A DNA stretch of 64,000 bases from an uncultured Planctomycetaceae bacterium. GTDB taxonomy: Bacteria > Planctomycetota > Planctomycetia > Isosphaerales > Isosphaeraceae. A model generated the notes under the pieces. It was not told the origin of the DNA. It made no database searches and was given only the letters and a program-made list of their open reading frames with translations. A program made the translations under genes and the position numbers. The stretch is from NCBI GenBank assembly GCA_963833985.1, contig CAWIAD010000001.1, forward strand, positions 1,600,001 through 1,664,000, given 5' to 3'. Of this stretch, positions 42,539-52,929 are shown in pieces (the stretch's first letter is position 1; the number at the start of each line of letters is the position of its first letter).

Positions 42539-45500
42539 ATGATGCGTGGCAGCACCGCGCCGCTGGCCGCCATGAGCTTGGCGATCCTGATCGTGCACTC
42601 CGCGGCCGGTGCGGAGCCGGAGCGGTCCTGGCCGCAGCCGGCGGCCGGCTGGTCGATCGAGCCGGCCAGCGAGATTCCACTGGCGGGCCAGCCGACGGCC
42701 CTGGCCGGCAGCCCGGACGGCACGCTCTACGTCGCCCTGCACCGGCCCGCGCAGCCGGGCTTCGTGCTGGCCATCCAGGACGGCAAGAGCCGCGTCTTCG
42801 CGGACGGGCTGGGCGTCGTCAGCGGCCTGGAATGGATCGACGGCACACTTTACGTGCTCCATCCGCCGGAGCTTTCCGCGATCCGGGACACGGACCGCGA
42901 CGGCCGGGCCGACCAGCGGGTCACGCTGGTCAGCGGCCTGGGCCCGAAACCCGTGGCTGCGCTCGGCGTGAGCGACCACATCGTCGCGGGCCTGAGAGCG
43001 GGCATCGATGGTTTCCTGTACATGGCCGTGGGTGATCGCGGCATCGCCCGCGCGCGGGGGGCGGACGGCAAGACGCTCGCGCTCGTCGGTGGCGGCGTCA
43101 TCCGCGTGCGGTCTGACGGCCGGGGGATCGAGGTCGTCTCCACGGGCAGCCGCAAGCCGCGCCTCCATCTGCATGAGCTCCACGGGCGAGGTCTTCACCC
43201 TGGAAGGCTCCCAGGCCGGCGCACGCTGGCCCGGTGGATTGACGCACCACATCGAGGGCGGCCGCTACGGCTACCCGTACGACTTCCTCACCGCACCGAC
43301 GCGCTGCTTGCCGCTGGCCGGTGGCGACTTCGCCGAGCCAGGGGTCGAGGGCGTCTGGTACGACAGGCCCGGGCCGCCCGACCACAGTTCCGGCACCATC
43401 CTGGCTTGTGACCGGGCGCGGCAGGCGGTCATAGCTCTCGATATCCGCAGGTCAGGAGGCACGTTCGCAGTCGTCCGGCAGACCCCGATTGTGACCAGGG
43501 GACAGGCGGCGGATTTCCATCCCGTGACCCTCGCCGTCCGCCAGGGCGGACCAGGATGCTGGATCGCGGACTGGGGGAGCGATGCGTGGCCAGGACGGGA
43601 GGCGGCTGCCGGCCGGCTATGGTTGCTGGGACGTCACGGAGCCGACCGGAACGGACCGGAAATCGGCGGTTCACTCGCCGTGCCTGAAGACCCGATGCAG
43701 GCGCTCGACCACCCCGCGCTGGCGGTCCGGCTGGCCGCCCAGAGGAAGCTCGCGGGGCAGGGGAGTGCCTCGACCTTGCCCTTGATGGGCCGGTTGCATG
43801 CCGGCGGATCGCAGGCGGTCCGGCTGCACGCCCTCTGGGCCCTGGACGCCGTGGGCGGTCCGCAAGCCGCCCAGGCCATTCGCGGTGCGCTCCGCGATTC
43901 CTCCGCGGCGGTCCGCCTTCAGGCCTCCCGGAGCTGCGGCGATCGAACCGATCGAGCGGCCGCGCCGCAGCTCTTGATCCTGCTTGCCGACGGCGATGCC
44001 GCGGTCCGCCGCCAGGCCGCCTGCGCCTTGGGAAAGCTGGGCGACCGGCAGGCCATGGCCGGGTTGCTGGCCGCACTCGGCGAGACGGACCGCACCGCGG
44101 CATGGTCGATCCGCACCGCGATCCGCCGGCTCGGTTTTCCCGAGGCGCCCGCGATCAGCGCGGCGCTGCGCGATCCTCGCCGGCGTGAAAACCTGCTGGT
44201 GCTGGCCGACGAATCGTGGTCGGTCGCCGTCGTCCAGGGGCTCGTGTCGGCCCTGCCGGTGACTCCCGAGCCCGCGCTGCGGGGGCGCATGGTCGCCCTG
44301 CTGGCGGGGCAGTATCGCACGTATCCACAAGCCCCCGGCGCATGGTGGGCCCCTGAGCCGGCAACGAGCGGGCGGCCGCGCAAGACCGCGGCGTGGGACA
44401 GCGCGGGCATGAACGCTGTTATCCAGGGGCTGCGGCTGGGCCTGCACGACCCGGATGCCCTGGTGCGCTTTCAGGCGATCATCGGCCTGGGCGAGGTTGG
44501 ACAGCCGGCGGCCCCCTGGCTCTGCCAGGGCTTCTCCAGCGAGCCCGACGCGCGTAACCAGGCCTTGCTGGCCGAGACGCTGGCCGGGATGAACGATGCC
44601 GGGTCGGTGCAACTGCTCACCAGCCTTGCCGTGGACACCCGGCGCGCCGAACCGGTGCGCGCCGCGGCCCTGGACGGCCTGGCGCGGTATCGCGGCCGCA
44701 GCGTTGTCCGGGCGCGGCTTGCGGTCCTCTACGACCCGAGCGCCTCCAGCAACGCTGGCGGCCCGGGCCCTGCTACCGCTCGCGCGCGATGGAATTCTGC
44801 CGCCCAACGACCTGGCCGCTTTCCTCGACAGCCCTCGGCCGCTCGTGCGTGCGGCCGCGCTCATGTGCCTGAACGCCCGGCAGCCGTTGCCAGAGGAGCT
44901 CAAGGCACTGGTCCTGGCGCGGCTGGACGACCCGGTACGGGACGTCCGGCATGCCGCCGTGCTGGCGGCCGGAGTGCTCAGGCTGCGCGAGGCGATCCCG
45001 CGGCTCATCGCAACGGCCGGCGCCGGCCCGACCGGCTCGGGCCTGCGTGTGCAGGCGATCACCGCGCTCTGCCTGATGCCCGACCCGCGCGCCCGGGCAC
45101 TCTATCGCCAGGCCGCCGCCGAGGCCGATCCCGCGCTACGACGGGCCGCGGAAAGCGCCCTGGCAAGCCTGGGCGGACCGGCGGACAGGCAGGTTGTCCG
45201 CGCCGCCGGCGCCGGCGCCGGGCCGCGGCCGCCCGACACCCGGGCACTGGGCCGGTTCGCGCTCACCCACCTGTCCGACCCGCTCAAGGGCGAGGAACTC
45301 TTCTTCACCCGGCAAGAGCTGGACTGCGGCCGTTGCCACCGCGCGGCAGGCCGCGGCGCCGCCGCGCCGGGGCCGGACCTGAGCGGCCTCGGTGCACGGT
45401 ACGACCGGGCGGCGATCATCCAGATCTTGCTCCAGCCGCCGGCACGCGTTGCCGACGCTCACCATACCGTGCAGGGCCCGGCAAAGACATTGACACCGCT

Positions 45501-45606
45501 CGAATTCACGGATTTGATAGGTTTCCTTGAGAAACAAAAACACTCCGATATGAGCACTCAACCCATGCACGCGGACGCACCTCGGGATGCCGGGAAACGT
45601 GAGTGA
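42539..45606 (+). CDS. PVC-type secreted beta-propeller / HEAT-repeat / c-type heme (CxxCH) protein; frameshifts near 43162 and 44742
   Basis: Signal peptide, RDTDRDGRAD, GIDGFLYMAVGD, YGYP, RLHALWAL HEAT repeats, GEELF...CGRCH...GPDLS across three ORFs. Confidence 0.8.
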
Positions 45607-45746
45607 ATGCGCGGACGCCGCTCCAGTTTTCCGCTGTGCGCGATCGGCGGCCGTTCGCAGCAGACCATATGCTCTGCGATCTGGACCTGTTAAACTCAAG
45701 TATAGCAACTCGTGCAGAATGACTTTTCTCTACGAAGGTTTTAACG

Positions 45747-48593
45747 GTGGAACCGCCTCCTGTCCTGACTGACTCCTATCCCAGCGAAGAAGGACTGCCG
45801 ACCCTGAAGCCCGACCTCGTCGAGGAAGCTTTCCAGGAAGAGATCGACAATATTGTCCCGACCCGCGGATACCAGATGACCCCTATGGTCGGCCTGGGGG
45901 GGTCGGCCGGCAGCGTTCAAGCGCTGACGGAGTTCTTCCGGGCCATGCCGCCGGACAGCGGCATGGTGTTTGTGGTGGTCCTGCACCTCTCGCCGTCCCA
46001 CGAGTCGACCCTGGCCGAGATCCTCGGACGCGCCACCACGATGCACGTGGTGCAGGCGGAGGACGGCCAGAAGGTGCAGCCCGACCATGTCTACGTGATC
46101 CCGCCCGGAAAGTACCTGACCACGGTCAATGGCCACCTGCGGCTCATCGACCTGCAAAGCGAGCGCGGCAAGCGCGTGGCCGTGGACCTCTTCTTTCGTT
46201 CACTCGCAGATACCCACGGTCCGCACGCGGCCGCGGTGGTGCTCTCGGGCGCCGATGGCGACGGCGCCATCGGCATCAAGCGGATCAAGGAGCGGGGCGG
46301 TCTGACGATCGCTCAGGATCCCGACGAGGCCGAGCACCCGGGGATGCCCCGCGCCTCCATCGGCACGGGAATGGTGGACTGGGTGCTGCCGATCGCGGAT
46401 ATCCCGCGCCGGCTGCTGGCGTACCGCGACAACGAGATCCGGTTGAAGCTGCCCCCGGAGGAGAGCCCCGAGCCTGCTCAGCGGGGGCTCTCAAAAGACG
46501 ATAACGAGGCCGCGCTGCGCGATGTGCTTGTCTTCCTGCGCACCCGCACCGGATGCGACTTCTCCTATTACAAGCGTGCCACCATCGTGCGGCGGATCGC
46601 GCGGCGAATGCAGGTCAACGGTGTTGAGGACGTGCCGACTTACCTGAATCATCTGCGCACGCACCTGGGTGAGGCCGGCGCGCTGCTCCAGGATTTGCTC
46701 ATCTCGGTGACCAACTTCTTCCGCGACCGCGAGTCGTTCAAGGCCCTCGAGGAGCACATCACCACTCTGTTCCAGGACAAGGGCCCGGGAGATACCTTGC
46801 GCGTCTGGGTGCCTGCTTGCGCCACCGGCGAGGAAGCCTACTCGATCGCCATGATCCTGCTCGAGCACGCCGAGCATCTGGAGGCTCCGCCCACCCTGCA
46901 AATCTTCGCCTGCGATCTGGATGACGCGGCCATCCGCGTTGCCCGCGCCGGCCACTATGCAGCCGCGATCACGGCCGACGTGAGCGAGCAGCGGTTGCGG
47001 CGGTTCTTCGTGCAGGATCATCACGGCTACCACGTCCGCCGGGAGCTGCGGGAGATGGTCCTGTTCGCGACCCACAACCTGCTCAAGGATGCGCCCTTCT
47101 CCCGCATGGACCTGATCTCGTGCCGAAACCTGCTCATCTACCTGTCATCCGAGGCGCAGAACCGGGTGCTGGACACGTTCCATTTCTCGCTCCGGCCGGA
47201 CGGGCGTCTGTTTCTGGGAACCTCGGAATCAATCGACGATAGCAGCCGTCTGTTCCGCGTGCTGGACAAGCGGCATCGGATCTACGGGAGGCTGTTGGGA
47301 CAGCGCATGGGATTGCCCATGCCCACGGGTCCCGGCTCGCTGCTGCCTGTCATCGCGGCCGGCAGCCTGATGCAGTCGGCCCCCATCGTCCACGGCAAGC
47401 GGTTCACCCAGGGCGCGGCCATTCAGCACACGGCGTCATCCTGGCAGGGCTTCGAGCATGCGTCGCTGGCGGAGCTGCATTTCCGGCTTGTGGAACGGCT
47501 GGCCCCACCCTCGGTGATCATCAACGCCGACCAGGAAATCGTGCATCTCTCCGAACACGCCAGCACATTTCTGAGATTCACCAGCGGGGAACCATCCATG
47601 AACATCCTGCGAGTGGTCCACCCGATGCTGCGCGGCGAGCTGCGCTCGGCGCTCTTCCGCGCCTCGGAGACCAACGATATCGTGGAGGCGAAGGGGGTTC
47701 CCTGCGAGATCGACGACCTGAGCTGGCTCATCGATCTGCGGGTTTCGCCTGCATCCGAGCTTGCGCCGGGGTGTTACCTGGTGATCTTTGACAAGCACTC
47801 GGCGACGATCCAGGAGGACGGCTCCCAGGCCGAGTTGGCCCCTAGCCACGAGCACTTCGTGCGGCACCTGGAGCGCGAGCTGGAGCAGACCCGTGCGCGG
47901 CTGCGCGACATCGTCGACCAGTCCGAGGCATCGACCGAGGAGCTCAAGGCCAGCAACGAGGAGCTCCAGGCCATGAACGAGGAGCTCCGCTCCGCCACCG
48001 AGGAGCTGGAAACCGGCCGCGAGGAATTGCAATCGATCAACGAAGAGCTGACCACCGTGAACCAGGAGATGAAGGTCAAGGTGGACGAGATCGCCCACGC
48101 GAACTCGGACCTGCAAAACCTCATGGCCTCCACCTCCATCGCCACCGTGTTCCTGGACCGCAACCTGGCGATCACTCGCTACACCCCCTCCGCCGTGCGG
48201 CTCTTCCACCTGATCCCGGGAGATGTGGGCCGCCCACTGGCGCACCTGAACCCGCGGCTTGATTACCCCGATCTGATGGCAGACGCGGAACAGGTTTTGC
48301 GTAGCCTTGTACCCGTGGAACGCGAAGTGCGCGGTAACGGCGACTGGTTTCTGGCCCGGATTCAACCTTATCGCACCCTGGAAGATCATATCGGCGGGGC
48401 CGTGCTGACCTTCGTCGATATCACGGAAAGGCGCAAGGCGACCGAGGCACTACGCGAGCAGCTTGCCGAACTGGAGCGGTTCAACACCGTGGCGGTGGGA
48501 CGGGAGACCCGCATGATCGAGCTCAAGAAGGAGGTCAACGATCTGTGCGGCCGGCTGGCCGAAGCGCCCCGTTACAAGCTGGATTTCGAGTGA
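45747..48593 (+). CDS. CheB methylesterase-CheR methyltransferase-PAS fusion, no kinase domain
   Basis: GGSAG, VLHLSP, LSGADGDG (CheB); ISVTNFFRD, WVPACATGEEAYS, SCRNLLIY (CheR); EELxSxNEEL coiled coil; PAS. Confidence 0.92.
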   Translation: MEPPPVLTDSYPSEEGLPTLKPDLVEEAFQEEIDNIVPTRGYQMTPMVGLGGSAGSVQALTEFFRAMPPDSGMVFVVVLHLSPSHESTLAEILGRATTMHVVQAEDGQKVQPDHVYVIPPGKYLTTVNGHLRLIDLQSERGKRVAVDLFFRSLADTHGPHAAAVVLSGADGDGAIGIKRIKERGGLTIAQDPDEAEHPGMPRASIGTGMVDWVLPIADIPRRLLAYRDNEIRLKLPPEESPEPAQRGLSKDDNEAALRDVLVFLRTRTGCDFSYYKRATIVRRIARRMQVNGVEDVPTYLNHLRTHLGEAGALLQDLLISVTNFFRDRESFKALEEHITTLFQDKGPGDTLRVWVPACATGEEAYSIAMILLEHAEHLEAPPTLQIFACDLDDAAIRVARAGHYAAAITADVSEQRLRRFFVQDHHGYHVRRELREMVLFATHNLLKDAPFSRMDLISCRNLLIYLSSEAQNRVLDTFHFSLRPDGRLFLGTSESIDDSSRLFRVLDKRHRIYGRLLGQRMGLPMPTGPGSLLPVIAAGSLMQSAPIVHGKRFTQGAAIQHTASSWQGFEHASLAELHFRLVERLAPPSVIINADQEIVHLSEHASTFLRFTSGEPSMNILRVVHPMLRGELRSALFRASETNDIVEAKGVPCEIDDLSWLIDLRVSPASELAPGCYLVIFDKHSATIQEDGSQAELAPSHEHFVRHLERELEQTRARLRDIVDQSEASTEELKASNEELQAMNEELRSATEELETGREELQSINEELTTVNQEMKVKVDEIAHANSDLQNLMASTSIATVFLDRNLAITRYTPSAVRLFHLIPGDVGRPLAHLNPRLDYPDLMADAEQVLRSLVPVEREVRGNGDWFLARIQPYRTLEDHIGGAVLTFVDITERRKATEALREQLAELERFNTVAVGRETRMIELKKEVNDLCGRLAEAPRYKLDFE

Positions 48594-48721
48594 GGATTCC
48601 GGGTAAGACAAGACAACTGATGGTCCTTCAGGAATGGATTGGGCCCGGGCGTTCGACGTGGAGGCTCTCGGCGAGGATGCAAGCTGTGGCCTTCCATCTT
48701 TTCTGAATAGCGGCATGGATC

Positions 48722-50558
48722 ATGGTCGACATGGAAAACCGCCCCAAAGAAGACATGCCACCGGGGTTGACCGTGGAACAACTCCGAACGCTCAATGCAC
48801 ACTGGCGCGAAGAAGCGCAGCACCTGATGCAGCAGAACCAGGACCTCATGCGGCAGATCTCCGAGGAACGGAGCAACAGCGAACAACGGTGCGCTGCGCG
48901 GCTCGCGGCGCTGAACCTGATGGAGGACGCGGTCGCCGCGCGCCACTCCGAGCAACGTGAGAGCCTCCAGCGGCTCCATGCCGAGTCGGAGCTGCGTCGT
49001 TCCGTCGAGAAGTACCGGACCCTGTTCGAGTCCATCGATGAAGGTTTCTTTATACTTCAGAAAGTCGAGTCGAGCTCGGAAGGATTGCCCGATTTCCTGA
49101 TTGCGGAAGCCAATCCGGCATTCGCTGCGCACATAGGCATCAAACACGTGGCCGGCATGACCATGCGGCAGGCCTTCGCGGGCGAGCCGGAAGACTGGTA
49201 CCTCACATTCGGCACCATTCTCGATTCCGGCCGGGCCGTGCGTTTCGAGCGCGAGCTGGTTTCGCGGTCCCGGATCGTGGAGCTCTATGCGTTCCGGCTT
49301 GAACACGAAAACCAGCAGCAGGTTGCCGTGCTCTGCCGCGATGTCTCGGAACGCAAGGCCGCCGAGCAGGAACTGCGCGATGCCGACCGACGCAAGGATG
49401 AATTCCTGGCCACCCTGGCGCACGAGCTGCGCAACCCGCTGGCGCCCATCTCCAACTGCTTGCAGCTCCTGCGCACCATGGCCGGCTTCGACGCTGACGC
49501 GCTGGAGTTTTGCGAGATGATGCAACGCCAGGTGGACCACATGGTCCGGCTGGTGGATGATCTCATGGAAGTATCGCGGATCACGCGCGGGATGATCGAG
49601 CTGCGGCCGGATCAGACCGATCTGGGAACCATCTTGCGGGGAGCCGTGGAGCAGAGCGGCCCGGTGATCGAAAGCTTCGGGCACGAGCTGATCATCTCCC
49701 TTCCCGAAGATCCGCTGCCGATCTTCGGAGACGTGATCCGGCTCGGGCAGGTGTTCGCCAACCTGCTGAACAACGCCGCCAGGTACACCGACCAGAGCGG
49801 ACGCATCTGGCTCTCCGCGGGGCAGGAGGGGAACGAGGCGGTGGTCACGGTGCGTGATACGGGCATCGGCATCGAGCCCGCGATGCTCCCCGCCATCTTC
49901 GGGCTCTTCGCACAGGCCGACACCTCCCGGACCCGGTCCCAGAGCGGCCTGGGCATCGGCCTGACACTGGCGAAGCGGCTGGTGGAGATGCACGCCGGTA
50001 CGATCTCGGCCCGGAGTGAGGGGCTTGGGCAGGGAAGCGAGTTCATCGTGCGGCTTCCCCTCGCGGAGGTGCCCGCGCCTGTGCCGGGCGAGTCCGGAAA
50101 CGGTGAGCCGGGAAGCGATCTTGTCCTGCGGCGCGTGCTGGTGGTGGATGACAATGCCGACTCGGCCGACAGCCTGGGAATGCTGCTCAGATCACTCGGC
50201 ACGGAGGTGAGAACTGTTTACGACGGCCCGCTGGCGCGTAGAGGTCGTCCAGGATTACCGCCCGGACGCGGTCTTCCTCGATATCGGCATGCCGGGTATG
50301 GACGGCCTGGAAGTGGCCCGCCGGATTCGCCGGTACCCGGGGCTGGAAGGCGTACTGCTCGTGGCTTTGACCGGCTGGGGACAGCCCACCGATCGCGAAC
50401 TCACCCGCGCCGCGGGGTTCGACCATCACCTGGTGAAACCGGCGCAGCCGCACATCTTACGAAGACTGCTCGCGGAGACGCAGGACGACAGGATGGCGGG
50501 TGCCGCTTCCCCCCCCCCGTTCCTGATGCCTCCTCGCGGGCACTTGCTTTCGAGCTAG
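48722..50558 (+). CDS. PAS hybrid histidine kinase with receiver domain; frameshift near 50237
   Basis: FLATLAHELRNPL, NLLNNAARY, DTGIGI, GLGIGL, VLVVDDN then FLDIGMPGMDG, ALTGWG, HLVKP. Confidence 0.9.
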
Positions 50559-50638
50559 AAAAAAGCGCTGGCCGCCAGTAGAGTCATGTTTAAGGATTGC
50601 GGGGGTATTGCAGCCACCAAGGAGAAACGCAAACGATC

Positions 50639-51202
50639 ATGTTGCTGAAAGCCACGGACATTCGCAGGGGAATGGTCGTCACCATCGACGGAGTGAACTT
50701 TGTGGTCGTGGACTTTGCCCACCACACGCCGGGCAACCTCCGGGCGATGGTGCAGACGAAGCTGCGGAACATGAACAACGGCGCCCTCATCGACAAGCGC
50801 CTGCGGTCGGTCGACCAGATCGAGGTTCCCTACGTGGAAACCAAGGAGTACGAGTACCTCTACTCCGCCGGCGACGAGCACGTCTTCATGGATACCGAAA
50901 CGTACGACCAGCTGCATTTTGACGAGAACATCATTGGCACGGCGATGCAGTTCCTGCTGCCCAACACCAGGGTGATGGTCAAGTACATCAGCGACAAGCC
51001 CGTGTCGATCGAGATCCCCGACTCGGTGGAGCTGACGGTCTCTGACACTCCTCCATCGCTGACCGGGGCGACCGCCACCAACCAGTACAAGGAAGCGACC
51101 CTGGAGACAGGGCTGAAGGTGCAGGTGCCGCCCTTCATCAAGCCGGGTGAGAAGATCCGCATCGACACCCGCACCGCCGAGTACCTGGAGCGCGTGAAGT
51201 GA
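50639..51202 (+). CDS. efp: Elongation factor P
   Basis: HHTPGNLRAMVQTKLRN, YEYLY, FMDTETYDQ, KEATLETG, VPPFI, IDTRT.EY.ER. Confidence 0.95.
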   Translation: MLLKATDIRRGMVVTIDGVNFVVVDFAHHTPGNLRAMVQTKLRNMNNGALIDKRLRSVDQIEVPYVETKEYEYLYSAGDEHVFMDTETYDQLHFDENIIGTAMQFLLPNTRVMVKYISDKPVSIEIPDSVELTVSDTPPSLTGATATNQYKEATLETGLKVQVPPFIKPGEKIRIDTRTAEYLERVK

Positions 51203-51221
51203 GCGGAAGCGAGGCGTCTCC

Positions 51222-52376
51222 GTGGACTCCTTGACGAGGCTTCTGGCCGAACTGGTCTCGATCTCCAGCGTCAACCCCATGGGCCGTGCCCTGCACGGGC
51301 CCGGCGTCTTCGAGACCCATTTGACGGACTACCTCGAGGACTGGTTTGGCCGGCAGGGGATCTCGTGCACCCGCCAGCCGGTCGCGGCCGGCCGCGACAA
51401 CCTGCTGGCGCGGTTCGACTCGCCGGGGTCGCGGCGGACCCTGCTCTTCGACGTCCATCAGGACACCGTTCCCACCGACGGGATGACGATCGACCCGTTC
51501 CAGCCGCGGATCGAGAGCGGGCGGATGTGGGGCAGGGGTGCCTGCGACATCAAGGGGGGCATGGCCGCCATGCTCGTGGCGCTGGAGCGGCTGTGCCGCG
51601 AGCGTCCCGCCCGGGCTGCCTCCGTGCTGCTGGCCTGCACCGTCGACGAGGAATTCACTCATACCGGGGCGTCGCGGCTGGCGGAGGGCTTGCCGCAGGT
51701 CGACCTGGCCGTCGTCGCCGAGCCAACCCGGCTCGATCTGGTCCATTGCCACAAAGGTGCCATCCGCACCAAGCTGCGAACCCGCGGAGTCGCCTGCCAC
51801 AGCTCGACTCCAGAGCGCGGCGTCAACGCCATCTACGCCATGTGCCGCGTGATCCGCGCGCTGGCCGAGTACGCGGGGGTCCTCGGAAGTCAGCCGCCCG
51901 ATCCGCTCGTCGGCCCGCCCAGCCTCTCGGTGGGACGCATTGAAGGCGGGCAAAGCGTGAACATCGTGCCCGACTGGTGCGAGATCGAGATCGACCGCCG
52001 GCTGGTGCCCGGGGAAGAGCCCGAGGCCTCGTTCGCCGCATTGCGGCAATTCCTCGCGGACCGGTTGGGTACACTGGAAGACGTGCAGCTTGATCCGCCC
52101 TGGGTGACCCTGCCTCCACTGGTCCCGCGCGTGCAGACCTGGCTCGAGCCGCTCAAAGAGGCCGTACGCACGGGCTCGGGCCGGGAGCCCGCCGTCGTCG
52201 GCGTGCCCTACGGCACCGACGCCGGACCGCTGGGCGCGCGCGGCATCCCCTGCGTGGTCTTCGGACCCGGCGACATCGCCCAGGCCCACACCCACGACGA
52301 ATGGGTCGAACTCGACCAGGTCCACCGCGCCGCGGATGCCTACTACCAGATGGCCCTGGTGCTGGGCCAGGCGTGA
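51222..52376 (+). CDS. M20 family metallopeptidase/deacylase (ArgE/DapE-like)
   Basis: HQDTVP, GRGACDIKG, VDEE, AEPT, ACHSS, GTDA, GPG...AHTHDE. Confidence 0.9.
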   Translation: MDSLTRLLAELVSISSVNPMGRALHGPGVFETHLTDYLEDWFGRQGISCTRQPVAAGRDNLLARFDSPGSRRTLLFDVHQDTVPTDGMTIDPFQPRIESGRMWGRGACDIKGGMAAMLVALERLCRERPARAASVLLACTVDEEFTHTGASRLAEGLPQVDLAVVAEPTRLDLVHCHKGAIRTKLRTRGVACHSSTPERGVNAIYAMCRVIRALAEYAGVLGSQPPDPLVGPPSLSVGRIEGGQSVNIVPDWCEIEIDRRLVPGEEPEASFAALRQFLADRLGTLEDVQLDPPWVTLPPLVPRVQTWLEPLKEAVRTGSGREPAVVGVPYGTDAGPLGARGIPCVVFGPGDIAQAHTHDEWVELDQVHRAADAYYQMALVLGQA

Positions 52377-52393
52377 GGGCCCAGACGCAATGA

Positions 52394-52440
52394 AATCGCC
52401 CCGCCATCCCTCCTTGGGTCAGAAGGGCGACGGGGCGATT
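52394..52440. terminator. Inverted repeat between convergent genes
   Basis: AATCGCCCCG (52394-52403) / CGGGGCGATT (52431-52440). Confidence 0.5.
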
Positions 52441-52480
52441 CCTCGGGAGCACTCAGACGACGAACCTCAGAGGTTGAATT

Positions 52481-52822
52481 CTAGAAGACGTCAAGCACGT
52501 AATGCTTGCCCTGGTAGAATTTCTTCTTGTCCCACTCGTGCCAGCCGTGCGGGTGGCGGAAGAAGCCCAGGACCCTGTAACCACCGTAGTAGTTTCGATA
52601 GTAGGGGCCCTGAATCTGGGGAACGATGCGCTGTTCCCGCGGGTAGCGATACCAGCCGTCGTAGAGTCCGTTGTATTCGAAGCCGTTGGCCGGGACCTGG
52701 GGCGGCACGTACGGCCAGTGCAGGTAATCCGTCCAGTCCTGAGCCTGCGCGGACTTCGCTCCGCCGCAGCCGAGCAGAGCCGCGACCAGCAGCAGCGTCT
52801 TGATCGATGTGCCTCGCGACAC
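52481..52822 (-). CDS. Small secreted Tyr/Trp/Pro-rich hypothetical protein (113 aa)
   Basis: GGAGGT RBS before GTG 52822; signal peptide ending AQA; aromatic-rich mature part. Confidence 0.75.
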   Translation of the reverse strand: MSRGTSIKTLLLVAALLGCGGAKSAQAQDWTDYLHWPYVPPQVPANGFEYNGLYDGWYRYPREQRIVPQIQGPYYRNYYGGYRVLGFFRHPHGWHEWDKKKFYQGKHYVLDVF

Positions 52823-52929
52823 GTTCCACCTCCATGTAGGGAAGCCATTCCCAAAACATGAGTAACATGCCACACGCTCCGGAAGCCGGCGGGAAATCGC
52901 CGAAAAAATCTTCTCGCGAGAAAACGGTT

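Noticed and set aside
42365..43252. N-terminal part of ORF 41978..43252
   Set aside because: Antisense to the CxxCH protein; only the last 128 codons after the RBS look real
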